From contig VFLI01000012.1 in the NCBI GenBank assembly GCA_009885105.1, positions 1 through 64,000 of the forward strand: a DNA stretch of 64,000 bases. Direction: 5' to 3'. The notes under the pieces were generated by a model that was given only the letters and a program-made list of their open reading frames with translations, made no database searches and was not told the origin of the DNA. Both the position numbers and the translations under genes were made by a program. This document shows positions 1-9,661 of the stretch, piece by piece. Each line of letters begins with the position of its first letter. The stretch's first letter is position 1. Origin of the DNA: Spirochaetia bacterium (GTDB lineage Bacteria > Spirochaetota > Leptospiria > Leptospirales > Leptonemataceae).

Positions 1-1343
1 ACAACGGCTACAAGGTCTATCTGGATGACGGTTCGCAGATGGTGGGCCCGGCCCAGACTGAGCTGGAAGAATGCATCGAAGCCGTTTCAGACTGGTCGTC
101 CATTCCTTTCATGGCGCCGGACAGTCCTGTTTTTAAAAAGAATGTTACAATCGTCGGGGACGAAATTCGCAAAGCATACTATAAATTCATGGAAGGAACT
201 TCCTTTGTTTCCCCTGCGGACAATCCAAAGAAGAAAAACCTCAATCTTGTGTATTCGCCGCTGCATGGAACTGGCGGTCCCTGGCTGCCGCCGCTGCTGG
301 ATCATTTTGGATTCAAGGTCACGCTTGTGAAAGAGCAGGCAGAACCTGACGGCGAATTCCCGACTGTAAAATATCCCAATCCCGAAGAACCGGATGCAAT
401 GAAACTGGCGGAAGAAACTGCAAGGTCCGTCAACGCCGGACTTTTCCTGGCAACAGACCCGGACGCCGACCGCCTGGGAGCGGGCATAAAAAACGAAGCC
501 GGACAGTATGTGCTGATCAACGGCAATCAGATCGGCAGCCTGATGTGCGCCTATCTCTGCGAGAACATCGCCTCGCAGCAGAAGAGCGGAAAAAAAAGCG
601 CAGCGGGCCGTTGGAATATTTTCAAAACAATCGTGACAACGGATCTTCAGACTCGAATCGCCGAGAAAAACGGAATCCAGATTCGCGATGTTCTAACGGG
701 TTTCAAGTACATCGCAGAACAGATGAGGCTGATGGAGACGGGAAACCGGGCCGCCGGGTACGACAAAAAAATCGACCGCTATCTTTTTGGCGGAGAGGAA
801 TCTTTCGGTTATCTTCCCGTTGATTTTGTGCGCGATAAGGATTCTCTATCGTCGGCGCTGCTTCTCTGTGAAATCGCCGCGGAATCCGGAAATCTTCTGC
901 AGTATCTGGATCAGGTGTATCTGAATTACGGGCTATACCTGGAACTTCTGAAATCCGTGACGATGAAGGGAACGGACGGCCAGGAAAAAATAAAAACGAT
1001 CATCGACAATCTGCGGAATACAGATGTAGACGGCTGGACGCTTGGCAGCCGGAAAGTGACGACGCTGCTGGATTACAAGAATCAGACCCGGAATAAAAAA
1101 AAATCAGAGAAAGACTTTCACAATCTGCCCGAATCGGACGTTGTGCAGTTGATTCTGGAACCGGAGGGGAAACTGACGATTCGTCCTTCCGGAACCGAGC
1201 CCAAAGTAAAGCTCTACGCCAGCCTGAAGCATCCTTCCAATCCATCCAGCCTGGACGAACTCAAAATCGCCAAAACGGAGCTGGAAAACGAACTGGCCTC
1301 TGTGGCCGGAATTTTTCTTGCGAAGACCGGAATTACGGGCTGA
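1..1343 (+). CDS. phosphoglucomutase/phosphomannomutase family protein (5' partial; the reading frame is open from the window edge)
   Basis: The frame continues upstream of the first ATG (NGYKVYLDDGSQMVGPAQ...). The translation has phosphohexomutase C-terminal domains (GIKNEAGQYVLINGNQIGSL, SGTEPKVKLY). Confidence 0.75.
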   Translation, partial: NGYKVYLDDGSQMVGPAQTELEECIEAVSDWSSIPFMAPDSPVFKKNVTIVGDEIRKAYYKFMEGTSFVSPADNPKKKNLNLVYSPLHGTGGPWLPPLLDHFGFKVTLVKEQAEPDGEFPTVKYPNPEEPDAMKLAEETARSVNAGLFLATDPDADRLGAGIKNEAGQYVLINGNQIGSLMCAYLCENIASQQKSGKKSAAGRWNIFKTIVTTDLQTRIAEKNGIQIRDVLTGFKYIAEQMRLMETGNRAAGYDKKIDRYLFGGEESFGYLPVDFVRDKDSLSSALLLCEIAAESGNLLQYLDQVYLNYGLYLELLKSVTMKGTDGQEKIKTIIDNLRNTDVDGWTLGSRKVTTLLDYKNQTRNKKKSEKDFHNLPESDVVQLILEPEGKLTIRPSGTEPKVKLYASLKHPSNPSSLDELKIAKTELENELASVAGIFLAKTGITG

Positions 1344-1346
1344 GAC

Positions 1347-3503
1347 GTGTCGGGCCAGCTTCTCCAGCGCCTGCCAGACTTACGGCGAAGAATCAGGATC
1401 TGGCATGTTGTCTTTCTTCTAACACTCTGGCCCGTTTCATCCGGACTCCCCGATCCGGCCGGCGTCAATCTGCAGTACAGCCCTGTAAGGATTGATTTCC
1501 ATGATGCGCTCGAAACTCCTTTCGAAAGGACTCGTTACACCCTGTGGGGGAACGCGAAAATACAGCAATCCGGAAATTTTGTTCATGTCGACAGCATACC
1601 CAAAATACCGTTTGTGATCAATCCCATGATCACGCTCGGCAGGGAGGCTGTGTTTAAAATCCGCCTGCGAAGACCGGGCAATGGCGATGCTTCTGTTACG
1701 ATACACTTCCCATTTCACTATGTGGAACAGGCCCCTCACGATAAACTGACTCTTGAATTCGGACAGAATCGAATGAAGCTCCGTCGCGCAGATCAGAATC
1801 AGGCAGAATCCCGCCCGATGGAGCTTTCCGGGGACGGCTGGATTGAAATTACGATCGAGCGTCGCGGCGATAGAATTCGCATCAGCAGTTCGGCGGCGGC
1901 GCTTTTCGAGTACAGTCGATCCTTCGTGGCAAGCGATTTTGGAATTCCGGAACACCAGCATTACGGCGCATTCAGCATAGAAATTAAAGAGGCAGCGGCT
2001 TCGCAGAGCATTGATATCGATGACATTCAGATTTCAGGACTGTCAGCGCCGGTGGAATATCGCGCGATGAACAAGGCCTTCGAAAGCGGCGGCGAAAATT
2101 ACGAATTTTCTGTAATCTATGAAGCCGGTTTCGAGGAGTGGGCCAAAAACCAGGTTGAGGGACATCCCGAGATTTTTCCGCAGTGCACGGCGACTTACGG
2201 TATCCCTCCGCAGGCCAGATTTCTGGGAATGGTTCAGAATCGCGGACGGTATTTCTATTCCTCACACGGAATGAATCGATTCCATTCCGTCGTCCATACC
2301 TGGGCTGCGAACTCGGACAGAAAACCCAGGAGCTGTCATCATGAATTTGCGCACAACTGGGCATACGTTCTGGCCGATCAGTGGTCCAAGGAAGGATTTA
2401 CGGAAATAGTGCACGCAGAAGAAGATTCGCTGTTTCGCATTGTATTCAGAATGCCGGAATCGGCTAAGGGCGATCCTGGAAAATGGCTTTCTGGAGTTTT
2501 CGTGGGCGACAACAGATTTGGCTGGGAAGAGGCCATGCCAACGGAAAGCACGGCCAAATTTTACTTCAAAGCGGAAGTTTTCGCGCGGCTTCTTTTCTAT
2601 GAAATCGGCGGACCGGAGCGATTTCGAGATCTTCACAGACGCATGCTTGCCCTGGGTCACAGAGCATCCACGCCGGAGATCATCAGCATTTCCAGCGAAA
2701 TCGCCGGCCGCGATCTCACCGATGTGTTCCGGGGCTGGGTCACACCCGGCAATGGCAAATACGATCCCGTTGATATCGGCCGGGATACGGACAGAGATGG
2801 ACTGACAGATCTCGAAGAAAAAGTCTGGGGATTGTCGAGCGGATCAAAGGACACAGATGCCGACGGCATTGAGGATTTTTTTGAGATTCGAGCCGGATTC
2901 AATCCGGCCGATGCGGCCAGTCCCGGCGCTGCAAATCGTTTCATCGTCATCGACGGCAGCGCAGCCGACTGGAAGAAGGTCCCGGGCCTTATTCAAAGAC
3001 GTCCGGAAAAAGAAAGCAGCGCTGTGTTTCAAACCCTTCGAATCGCCGGAGATAGAAGCAGCAGACGATTGTACCTGAGAATCGATTTGAATCGCAGCCT
3101 CCATCTTACAACAACTGCGGGAACTTCTCTCTGGATGTCTTTGAATTTTTACGACGCGAGCGGTGGAGAATATATCCGGCGTGTGAACCTCTTCTTTCCC
3201 GCAAAATCCTACAGCGCCGTCTCTCGGTTTGGAATTTCCGGCACAGCCGACTCGGCCGGCTCAGCAGTAAATCTGTATGGAAATGTTTTCACAGATTGGG
3301 GCATTGATCCTGAATCGGGCAATGAATTCATAGAGGCTGTAATACCGGACAGTCTGCTGGGCGGAGCGGGCGAATACAGGATGTCGTTCAACGGCGGAGT
3401 TAAGAATGGAGGCACGGAACAGAAAGATTTTTTCCCTAAAGCGCCGGTTAAGTTCGAAGAAGAACTTTATACCCCGCCTCTTCCCGTGTGGAGATTCTGG
3501 TAA
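1347..3503 (+). CDS. secreted HExxH zinc-metallopeptidase-like protein with thrombospondin type-3-like Ca-binding repeats
   Basis: GTG start immediately after the upstream stop. Hydrophobic N-terminus, an HEFAH motif (CHHEFAHNWAY), and Asp-rich repeats DTDRDGLTDLEE / DTDADGIEDFFE. Paralogous to 58917..60499. Confidence 0.5.
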   Translation: MSGQLLQRLPDLRRRIRIWHVVFLLTLWPVSSGLPDPAGVNLQYSPVRIDFHDALETPFERTRYTLWGNAKIQQSGNFVHVDSIPKIPFVINPMITLGREAVFKIRLRRPGNGDASVTIHFPFHYVEQAPHDKLTLEFGQNRMKLRRADQNQAESRPMELSGDGWIEITIERRGDRIRISSSAAALFEYSRSFVASDFGIPEHQHYGAFSIEIKEAAASQSIDIDDIQISGLSAPVEYRAMNKAFESGGENYEFSVIYEAGFEEWAKNQVEGHPEIFPQCTATYGIPPQARFLGMVQNRGRYFYSSHGMNRFHSVVHTWAANSDRKPRSCHHEFAHNWAYVLADQWSKEGFTEIVHAEEDSLFRIVFRMPESAKGDPGKWLSGVFVGDNRFGWEEAMPTESTAKFYFKAEVFARLLFYEIGGPERFRDLHRRMLALGHRASTPEIISISSEIAGRDLTDVFRGWVTPGNGKYDPVDIGRDTDRDGLTDLEEKVWGLSSGSKDTDADGIEDFFEIRAGFNPADAASPGAANRFIVIDGSAADWKKVPGLIQRRPEKESSAVFQTLRIAGDRSSRRLYLRIDLNRSLHLTTTAGTSLWMSLNFYDASGGEYIRRVNLFFPAKSYSAVSRFGISGTADSAGSAVNLYGNVFTDWGIDPESGNEFIEAVIPDSLLGGAGEYRMSFNGGVKNGGTEQKDFFPKAPVKFEEELYTPPLPVWRFW

Positions 3504-3510
3504 AACTCTG

Positions 3511-4302
3511 TCACCAGGATTCTCGGCCCTGCAGCAAGACGGCATGGAACGAAGCATCCGGTTCCCAGCACACATCGGTTCCGCTGTAGCCGATTTTTAA
3601 CAGGAGAACGGAAATTCCCTCCGTGCTGTACACTTCGTCCAGATGCGCGGGATTCTCGCATTCAAATTCGCCCGTTCGCCGTCTTGCTGACCAGGCGGGA
3701 TATCTTCCTCTGTGCAAGGAATGCCCCGCTGCATCTTTGATTATCAAAACAGGCTCTCGAAACGCAAGAGTGTGCCCCGTGGGATCTATCCGGATATTGC
3801 AGGCGCCGCAGTTCCTCTCCTCGCATCTCGAACAGGATTCGCCTGTGATGAATTTATTCATAGGCCGCCAGTTTTTGATTGCAAGATACCGATTGAGCTC
3901 AGCAATTTTTTTTTCTATTTCAGAAATAAATCGCTTTCGCAACGCAGCCTCTGCAGGAGCCTCCTGTTCCGGCGAAAGAATTTCCTGAGTCAGCAGTGGC
4001 CTGTCCGTGTCCGCGTTGAGAATGACTATTTTAAGATTTGGGTTTCCTCTACCCCCGTCCTGGGACTGAATCGCCAGCGCTATCTGAGCTCCGTCTTCTG
4101 TAACCGCCGGAAAACTTGAAACATTGAAACCGATGCCTCCATTGACCAAATCCGCCTTCAGAGCAATAACCGGCGTTATAAAACGAGATGGATCTCCGTA
4201 GGCAGGCACAAACATCGTCGCAAAATACACAGCAGATAAAAAAATGTTTGCTGTTTTAAGCCTTGATAAACAATTGCAGTCTATGTTCGGCATACGCTTC
4301 AT
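3511..4302 (-). CDS. hypothetical secreted/lipoprotein-like protein with a C-terminal Cys cluster
   Basis: Long ORF with a hydrophobic N-terminus and a CSRCEERNCGAC motif; no family recognised. The start is uncertain because the 5' end overlaps the divergent SPFH gene. Confidence 0.4.
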   Translation of the reverse strand: MKRMPNIDCNCLSRLKTANIFLSAVYFATMFVPAYGDPSRFITPVIALKADLVNGGIGFNVSSFPAVTEDGAQIALAIQSQDGGRGNPNLKIVILNADTDRPLLTQEILSPEQEAPAEAALRKRFISEIEKKIAELNRYLAIKNWRPMNKFITGESCSRCEERNCGACNIRIDPTGHTLAFREPVLIIKDAAGHSLHRGRYPAWSARRRTGEFECENPAHLDEVYSTEGISVLLLKIGYSGTDVCWEPDASFHAVLLQGRESW

Positions 4303-5347
4303 AAAAACAAAACCCACCGATTTCACAATTCTTTTTCGACGCGGAAAAGTTAAAAAACAGGGTCCGGGACTCAGTTTTTTCTATTATTCTCCTTCGGCCA
4401 GCGTTGTGATTGTTCCGGCAGACAGCCGTGACACACCGTTCATCTTCAAGGAAACAACCACCGATTTTCAAGAGATCGACATTCAGGGCCAGATCACCTA
4501 TCATGTTATAGAGCCTGTGAAACTGGCCTCCCTGCTTGATTTTTCCGTAGATATTTACGGACGCTACACGGGCGACGGCATTGAAAAACTTCCCGTGCGC
4601 CTTACCAACCTCATTCAGGTTACAATGCGGGAGAAACTGCGCTCGCTCGATCTGAGAGGAGCTCTCGCCTCCGCCAGCGATCTTGTGCAGCATGTGCGGA
4701 CCCGTCTGAAAGACGCGGAAGTTATGAAAGCTCTGGGCATTGAAATACTTGATTTTTCTATATTAAAAATAAGCCCGGTGCCGGAAATGTCGCGCGCCCT
4801 CGAAGCGTCGGCGCGGGAAAACCTTTTGAAAGAGGCCGACCAGGCCCTTTACGACAGACGCAATTTTGCCGTGGAACAGGAAAGAAGAATTAAAGAGAAC
4901 GAACTTCAGACTCAGATCTCCGTGGAGGAGAAAAACCGAATGATCCGCGAAGAGCAGATGAACGCTGAAATCGCCGTGCAGGAAAAGCAGCGCAAACTGG
5001 AAGAGGAAAAAATGAACGCTGTCCAGTCTGTCGCAAGAAAAAAGACTGAGATTGACGCAGAGCAGATGAAAGCACAGATCGATCAGGAAGATAAAAGAAA
5101 GCAGCTCGTGGCATTTGAATCGGAGAACGCTCTCACACAGGCAAAAACACGCGCGGAGGCTATGAGAATGGAACTGGATGCCCTGGCGAAACTCAATCCG
5201 GAACTTCTGGAGGTGCTTGCCTCCAATCAGATGGACGCAAGAAAAATCATCAGCCGCGCGATGCGCGATCTGGCAAAAAACGCGGGAAAAATCGGCAACC
5301 TGAATATCAGTCCGGAACTTCTGACAGCGCTTATGAAAGAGAAGTGA
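4283..5347 (+). CDS. SPFH/band-7 (stomatin/flotillin-like) domain protein with a coiled-coil C-terminus
   Basis: N-terminal SPFH-like core (ILFRRGKV..., ITYHVIEP) followed by a long E/K/Q-rich coiled coil. Start chosen at MFGIRFIK. Confidence 0.6.
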   Translation: MFGIRFIKTKPTDFTILFRRGKVKKQGPGLSFFYYSPSASVVIVPADSRDTPFIFKETTTDFQEIDIQGQITYHVIEPVKLASLLDFSVDIYGRYTGDGIEKLPVRLTNLIQVTMREKLRSLDLRGALASASDLVQHVRTRLKDAEVMKALGIEILDFSILKISPVPEMSRALEASARENLLKEADQALYDRRNFAVEQERRIKENELQTQISVEEKNRMIREEQMNAEIAVQEKQRKLEEEKMNAVQSVARKKTEIDAEQMKAQIDQEDKRKQLVAFESENALTQAKTRAEAMRMELDALAKLNPELLEVLASNQMDARKIISRAMRDLAKNAGKIGNLNISPELLTALMKEK

Positions 5348-5380
5348 CAGCCGCGCGCTCCGCCGCCCGGCGCATTCTTT

Positions 5381-6310
5381 ATGCAAATTGATAAAATAGT
5401 TGTGATAACGCGCCGGACCAGGCTGGAAGAAAATATCCGCCGCTTCAACACAAAAGACCAGGCGCGCTTTTTTGTCAAAAGCCGCGGTCAGTCCTTTGAC
5501 GACTACGAACTCGAATACTCCAATTATCAGAAATCGAAAGATGAATTGATGCTGCGCCTGCCCAGGGGCGTCAAATTCCAGGAAATAGACCGCGAATTTC
5601 TGCCGAATTTTCTGTTCGGTCCCAACGATCTTGTCGTGACGCTCGGCCAGGACGGGCTTGTCGTGAACGCCGGGAAATATTTGTCGGGCCAGAATGTCAT
5701 CGCGCTCAATCCGGATCCGGCCCGGTTCGACGGAATACTTCTGCCATTTCTTCCGGAGCAGCTGGACCGCGCTGTTGAGGCGGTGGCAGCGGATAAATTT
5801 ATAGTCAAGCATATCACAATGGCCCGGGTCGATCTGCCGGACGGCCAATTTCTCTATGCCGTCAATGATATTTTCATCGGACCCAGAAGCCACACAAGCG
5901 CGCTCTATACGATCAAGTTCGGAAAAAAAGAGGAGCGCCAGATTTCAAGCGGACTGATCGTCTCGACGCCGGCCGGCAGCACGGGCTGGATGAGTTCTCT
6001 CTATAATATGGCGGGTGGTATTGCGCGCTTTTCGGGCGAAAAGAGCAAAGTAAAACCGCGGCCTCTGGACTGGGAACTGGAAAAGCTTGTCTTCATCGTG
6101 CGAGAACCATTCCAGAGCAAATGGAGCGGCGTGGAACTCGTGGCCGGCGAAATCGACAAGAATCACGAGCTTATTCTCGAAAGCCAGATGCCGGACACCG
6201 GTGTGATTTTTTCGGACGGAATACTGAACGATTTTCTGGAGTTCAATTCCGGCGCTGTGGCGACTGTTCGTGTCGCGGAAAAAACGACAAATCTTGTGAC
6301 AGAAATCTGA
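5381..6310 (+). CDS. NAD kinase family protein (NadK/PpnK-like)
   Basis: NadK-like motifs DLVVTLGQDGLVVNAG (a GGDG variant) and SGLIVSTPAGSTGWMSS (the DG/TPTGSTAY motif). Confidence 0.6.
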   Translation: MQIDKIVVITRRTRLEENIRRFNTKDQARFFVKSRGQSFDDYELEYSNYQKSKDELMLRLPRGVKFQEIDREFLPNFLFGPNDLVVTLGQDGLVVNAGKYLSGQNVIALNPDPARFDGILLPFLPEQLDRAVEAVAADKFIVKHITMARVDLPDGQFLYAVNDIFIGPRSHTSALYTIKFGKKEERQISSGLIVSTPAGSTGWMSSLYNMAGGIARFSGEKSKVKPRPLDWELEKLVFIVREPFQSKWSGVELVAGEIDKNHELILESQMPDTGVIFSDGILNDFLEFNSGAVATVRVAEKTTNLVTEI

Positions 6311-6333
6311 TCCAGACCAGAGCAGGATAGACC

Positions 6334-7464
6334 ATGGATGTTTGCATAGCGGGCACCGGCCGGATCCGGATCGAAAAAAAAACGGCCCTGAGCCTTCGTG
6401 AAATGGCGGCGAAAGCGCTTGTTCTATCGCTGCAGGACGCAAGACTCGACCATGTCGACGCCGTGTACAGCTCCAATTTGCTGGCGGATGAGCATCAGAA
6501 TCAGAAGCACACGGCGGCTCTCTTCGCCGATGCGGCGGGGCTTTTCGGCGTGGAAGCGCTTGAGGTCCGGGCAGCCACCGCATCCGGCGCCGCCGCGCTC
6601 CGTCTGGCGTATCTTGCAGTGTCGTCCGGGCAGATAGAATCAGCGGCCGTAGTCGGCGCGGAAAAAATGAGCGACGGCAGCTCGCAGGACAATCTGGCGA
6701 AATCTCTCGACGCAGAGAGAGAGGTGCCCCGGGGACTTTCAATGATACGTGCCAATGCGGAGATCATGAAACGATACATGGATTTATATAATATTAATTA
6801 CGAATGTTTTTTAAATTTTTCTTTAAACTCGCACAGAAACAGCGTCTCGAATTCATTCGCCCTGTTTCAACAAACCGTTTCCGAGAATGAAATGCTCGCG
6901 TCGCGAATCATTGCCGATCCCATACGCTTGTTCGACTGCGCCCCTGTTTGCGACGGGGCCGCGGCTGTGATTCTGACTAAATCATCGCGATCCAGTTCCA
7001 GTTCTGTAAAAATCAAGGCTTCGTCTGCGGCCACCGACCGGTTCGCAATAGAAGACAGAAAGAATCCGCTGGAATTGCAGGCCGCGCGTCTCTCATCTCA
7101 GAAGGCATACCGGCAGGCCGAGATCAAACCGGAAGATATTGATTTTTTTGAACTTCACGATGCCTTCAGCATCATGTCCTGCCTGTCTCTGGAGGCGTGC
7201 GGATTTGCCGAACCAGGGCAGGGATGGAAACTCGCCCAGGAAAAAGAAATATTCCGAGAAGGCAGGATCCCCGTCGCCACAATGGGCGGTCTGAAGGCCA
7301 GAGGACATCCCGTCGGCGCGACTTCGCTCTATCAAATCTGCGAGATGTCAATGCAGCTGCGAAATCAGGCCGGAGAGAATCAGGTCCCCGGAGCCGGAAT
7401 CGGCATGACACAGAGTATCGGCGGCGCGGGAACGACGGTGATAACGCATATCCTCGTAGTGTGA
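6334..7464 (+). CDS. thiolase-like (SCP-x/DUF35-associated type) protein
   Basis: Thiolase N- and C-terminal signatures (GGLKARGHPVGATSLYQ). The position expected for the nucleophilic Cys reads AATASG, Thr instead of Cys, by eye. Confidence 0.55.
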   Translation: MDVCIAGTGRIRIEKKTALSLREMAAKALVLSLQDARLDHVDAVYSSNLLADEHQNQKHTAALFADAAGLFGVEALEVRAATASGAAALRLAYLAVSSGQIESAAVVGAEKMSDGSSQDNLAKSLDAEREVPRGLSMIRANAEIMKRYMDLYNINYECFLNFSLNSHRNSVSNSFALFQQTVSENEMLASRIIADPIRLFDCAPVCDGAAAVILTKSSRSSSSSVKIKASSAATDRFAIEDRKNPLELQAARLSSQKAYRQAEIKPEDIDFFELHDAFSIMSCLSLEACGFAEPGQGWKLAQEKEIFREGRIPVATMGGLKARGHPVGATSLYQICEMSMQLRNQAGENQVPGAGIGMTQSIGGAGTTVITHILVV

Positions 7465-7547
7465 CTGCGACGTACTATGACTATGATACAGTTATTTTAT
7501 CCTGTTCACAGGGCCGCAGCTGGAAAAATCTGACGGGAGGCGACTTC

Positions 7548-8771
7548 ATGGAAAAAGAATTTTCAGACATCCTGACTCTGCAGGAAATTAAAGACAGAAC
7601 AGAAAAATATATTCTGGGAACGTACAAACGCTCCCCGGTCGCCTTTCTGTACGGACAGGGCGAGTTCCTGTTTGATACGGACAACAAACAGTACATCGAT
7701 TTCCAGAGCGGTGTTGCCGTAACATCGCTGGGTCACGGCGAGGCTGATATCATTGAAGCCATTCGAAATCAGGCCGATAGAATCATTCATACTTCCAATC
7801 TGGTTTACAACCGAGAGCAGGCCATGCTTGCAGAAGTTCTTGTGCGGCACTCATTTCCCTCTAAAGTTTTTTTTACCAATTCCGGAGCTGAGGCCAATGA
7901 AGCTGCGTTCAAACTGGCCCGGCTTTTCGGTCAGCAGAATAAAAATGGCGCCACAAGTTTTCTGACGCTGGAGAACAGTTTTCACGGCCGGACATTCGCG
8001 ACGATGAGCCTCACTGGTCAGACTAAAATTCACAGCGGTTTTGGTCCAATCGTTCCCAACATAAAATACATGCCGCCCAATGACATTGAAGCGCTGGAAA
8101 AAGAAATAGATGAGAACGGCACGGAACTCTGCGCGATTTTTCTGGAACTGATCCAGGGAGAAAGCGGCGTGCATCCGTTGAATATAGAATATGTTCTTGC
8201 CGCGCGAAAGCTTGCGACAGAAAATAATATTCTTCTGGTGTTCGACGAGATACAGACAGGAATCGGGCGAACCGGAAAGCTTTTCGCATTTGAACATTAC
8301 GGCGTCAATCCTGACGTGATGACTCTGGCGAAAGGCCTGGGCAGCGGAATCCCGATCGGAGCGGCATTGATAGCAAACAAGTTCGCGTCAATTATGGGGG
8401 CGGGCATGCACGGCTCGACATTCGGCGGCAATCATATTGCAGCCAGAGCAGCGTATGAAACTCTGCGGATTCTGATCGGACGAGAAATTTTGAGCAACGT
8501 CAACGCAATGGGCGAGTACATCATGACCCGGCTCAAAGCTATGCAGGCGAAAATTCCGGTTATCCAGGAGGTACGGGGAATCGGCCTTCACATAGGCATC
8601 ACAATCGACCGGCCCTGTGCCGACATTGCTCTGGCCTGTCTGGAGAATGGACTTGTCATCAACTGCACAGGAACGAACAATCTTCGAATTGTACCGCCGC
8701 TCACAATAACTCTGGAAACAGCAGCGAAGGGCCTGGATATTCTGGAAGCCCAGCTGCGAATTTTGAAATGA
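7548..8771 (+). CDS. argD: class III aminotransferase (acetylornithine aminotransferase-like)
   Basis: A GGGAGG RBS sits 6 bp upstream of the ATG. Class III PLP-aminotransferase motifs (GVAVTSLGHG, LVFDEIQTGIGRTGK, TFGGN). Start reassigned from the longer upstream ORF. Confidence 0.7.
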   Translation: MEKEFSDILTLQEIKDRTEKYILGTYKRSPVAFLYGQGEFLFDTDNKQYIDFQSGVAVTSLGHGEADIIEAIRNQADRIIHTSNLVYNREQAMLAEVLVRHSFPSKVFFTNSGAEANEAAFKLARLFGQQNKNGATSFLTLENSFHGRTFATMSLTGQTKIHSGFGPIVPNIKYMPPNDIEALEKEIDENGTELCAIFLELIQGESGVHPLNIEYVLAARKLATENNILLVFDEIQTGIGRTGKLFAFEHYGVNPDVMTLAKGLGSGIPIGAALIANKFASIMGAGMHGSTFGGNHIAARAAYETLRILIGREILSNVNAMGEYIMTRLKAMQAKIPVIQEVRGIGLHIGITIDRPCADIALACLENGLVINCTGTNNLRIVPPLTITLETAAKGLDILEAQLRILK

Positions 8772-9661
8772 TCCATTCTGTTCCCTGCGATGCCTGCGCA
8801 GGCGGAGATTTCCGAGCTCTGTTTAAAAAGTCTTCGCCGACCGGGGAAGTGTTTCAGATTGTGAAATGCTCCTGTGGCCTGGTGCAGGTGAATCCACAGC
8901 CGGATGTGGAGCATGTGCGCTCGTACTACGAGGGTGAATACTTCAAAAAGAGAACGGACCGGGGTTACGCGGATTATTACTCGCAGGAAGTGAAATCGGA
9001 AATAAGGCGTGTTTACGAACTCAACCTGAACGATCTGGGTTTTATCGAATTTGAAAATGAGATTCTGGACAGGGCCATTGCGGGAGGATTGCCGCCGAGT
9101 TCTCTGGATGCCGGCTGTGCCGCCGGATACTTTGTGGAATATCTGAAAGACCGCGGCTGGGACGCGCAGGGAATCGATATATCAGAACAGGCCGCGTCGT
9201 TCGGACGCGATTCCCTGGGTCTTGACATCCGCATCGGCGATTTCTTGAGCTGCGAGGACCTTTCGCCTTCCTCTTACGATCTTATCACTCTCTGGGCTTC
9301 CCTGGAACACATGCACAGTCCTCGAAAGGTTTTAGCCCGCGCTCACGAACTGCTCAGGCCCGGCGGAAGAATGATTCTCTCCACATGCCGGTACGGCTGG
9401 ATTGCAAGAATTCGCGGTCTGCGTTGGCGTTACATGAATGTGCCGGAACACCTTTACTATTTCAGTCTGGGCGGCTTAAAAAAAATGGCGCGGGAGCTCG
9501 GTCTGGAAACTGTGAGGAGCATCACCTACGGCAGCGGATTCACGACAAAAAAAAACGCAGGATTGCTGTACAGATTCTTAAAGATAGCGGCAGACCCTCT
9601 TGTAAAATTCACACGCCAGGGCGATATGATGGCGATGCATCTGCGCAGAGTTCAGGACTGA
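8768..9661 (+). CDS. class I SAM-dependent methyltransferase with an N-terminal Cys-rich region
   Basis: Glycine-rich SAM motif LDAGCAAGYF and a 4-bp ATGA overlap with argD. Confidence 0.6.
   Translation: MIHSVPCDACAGGDFRALFKKSSPTGEVFQIVKCSCGLVQVNPQPDVEHVRSYYEGEYFKKRTDRGYADYYSQEVKSEIRRVYELNLNDLGFIEFENEILDRAIAGGLPPSSLDAGCAAGYFVEYLKDRGWDAQGIDISEQAASFGRDSLGLDIRIGDFLSCEDLSPSSYDLITLWASLEHMHSPRKVLARAHELLRPGGRMILSTCRYGWIARIRGLRWRYMNVPEHLYYFSLGGLKKMARELGLETVRSITYGSGFTTKKNAGLLYRFLKIAADPLVKFTRQGDMMAMHLRRVQD

Noticed and set aside
25-330. ORFs 25..330 (+) and 87..305 (-) at the window start
   Set aside because: They overlap the clearly homologous phosphohexomutase reading frame and have no motifs.
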